From Octopus sinensis (lineage: Eukaryota), in NCBI RefSeq assembly GCF_006345805.1, contig NW_021832331.1, positions 1-31,202 of the forward strand: a stretch of 31,202 nt of DNA, in the 5' to 3' direction. A model generated the notes under the pieces. The model saw only the letters and a list, made by a program, of their open reading frames with translations. It did not search any database and had not been told where the DNA came from. Shown piece by piece: positions 31,050-31,202 of this stretch. The position numbers and the translations under genes are program-made. Within the stretch, counting starts at the first letter, position 1, and each line of letters opens with the position of its first letter.

Positions 31050-31125
31050 ATATATATATTTATATATACTTATATACGTGCGGTGTATATATATATTTAT
31101 TTATATATACTTATATATGTATGTG
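30721..31125. repeat. Compound (TA)n/(TG)n microsatellite with a recurring 25-nt motif
   Basis: TTTATATATACTTATATATGTRTGTG-like motif recurs about 6 times. Confidence 0.93.
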
Positions 31126-31202
31126 AAAACCCCACTACAAGGGGAGAAAGCGCTAATAATCTGAATGATATGATATATATATGTGAAAATGTAATATATA
31201 AA

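Overview
A transposon-saturated eukaryotic window with no recognisable host protein gene. The SINE and LINE families and the long (TA)n tracts point to an octopus (coleoid cephalopod) genome; this is an inference from repeat recognition. Content: (1) eight copies or fragments of RTE-clade LINEs in at least two subfamilies, one with a 757-codon uninterrupted APE-RT frame; (2) one complete but decayed Ty3/Gypsy LTR element of CsRn1 type with both LTRs, a tRNA-Trp PBS, a PPT and a 4-bp TSD; (3) four Penelope-like (PLE) remnants; (4) a decayed Tc1/mariner (DD37D-like) transposase; (5) a CR1-like LINE 3' end; (6) tRNA-derived SINEs of two families; (7) 155-bp and 47-bp tandem repeats and many microsatellites. 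Most ORFs in the track are microsatellite or antisense artefacts. The best leads are a putative spliceosomal intron that joins an upstream ATG to the RTE ORF, a C4HC3 PHD finger inside the RTE reverse transcriptase region, a minimal hammerhead ribozyme with a compensated U3-A8 core, a variable-copy hairpin array in the RTE 3' UTR, a LINE and two SINE families sharing one 3' tail within 1 kb, and an inverted, circularly permuted SINE duplication. None of these is shown to be novel without database searches. Percent identities are by-eye estimates.
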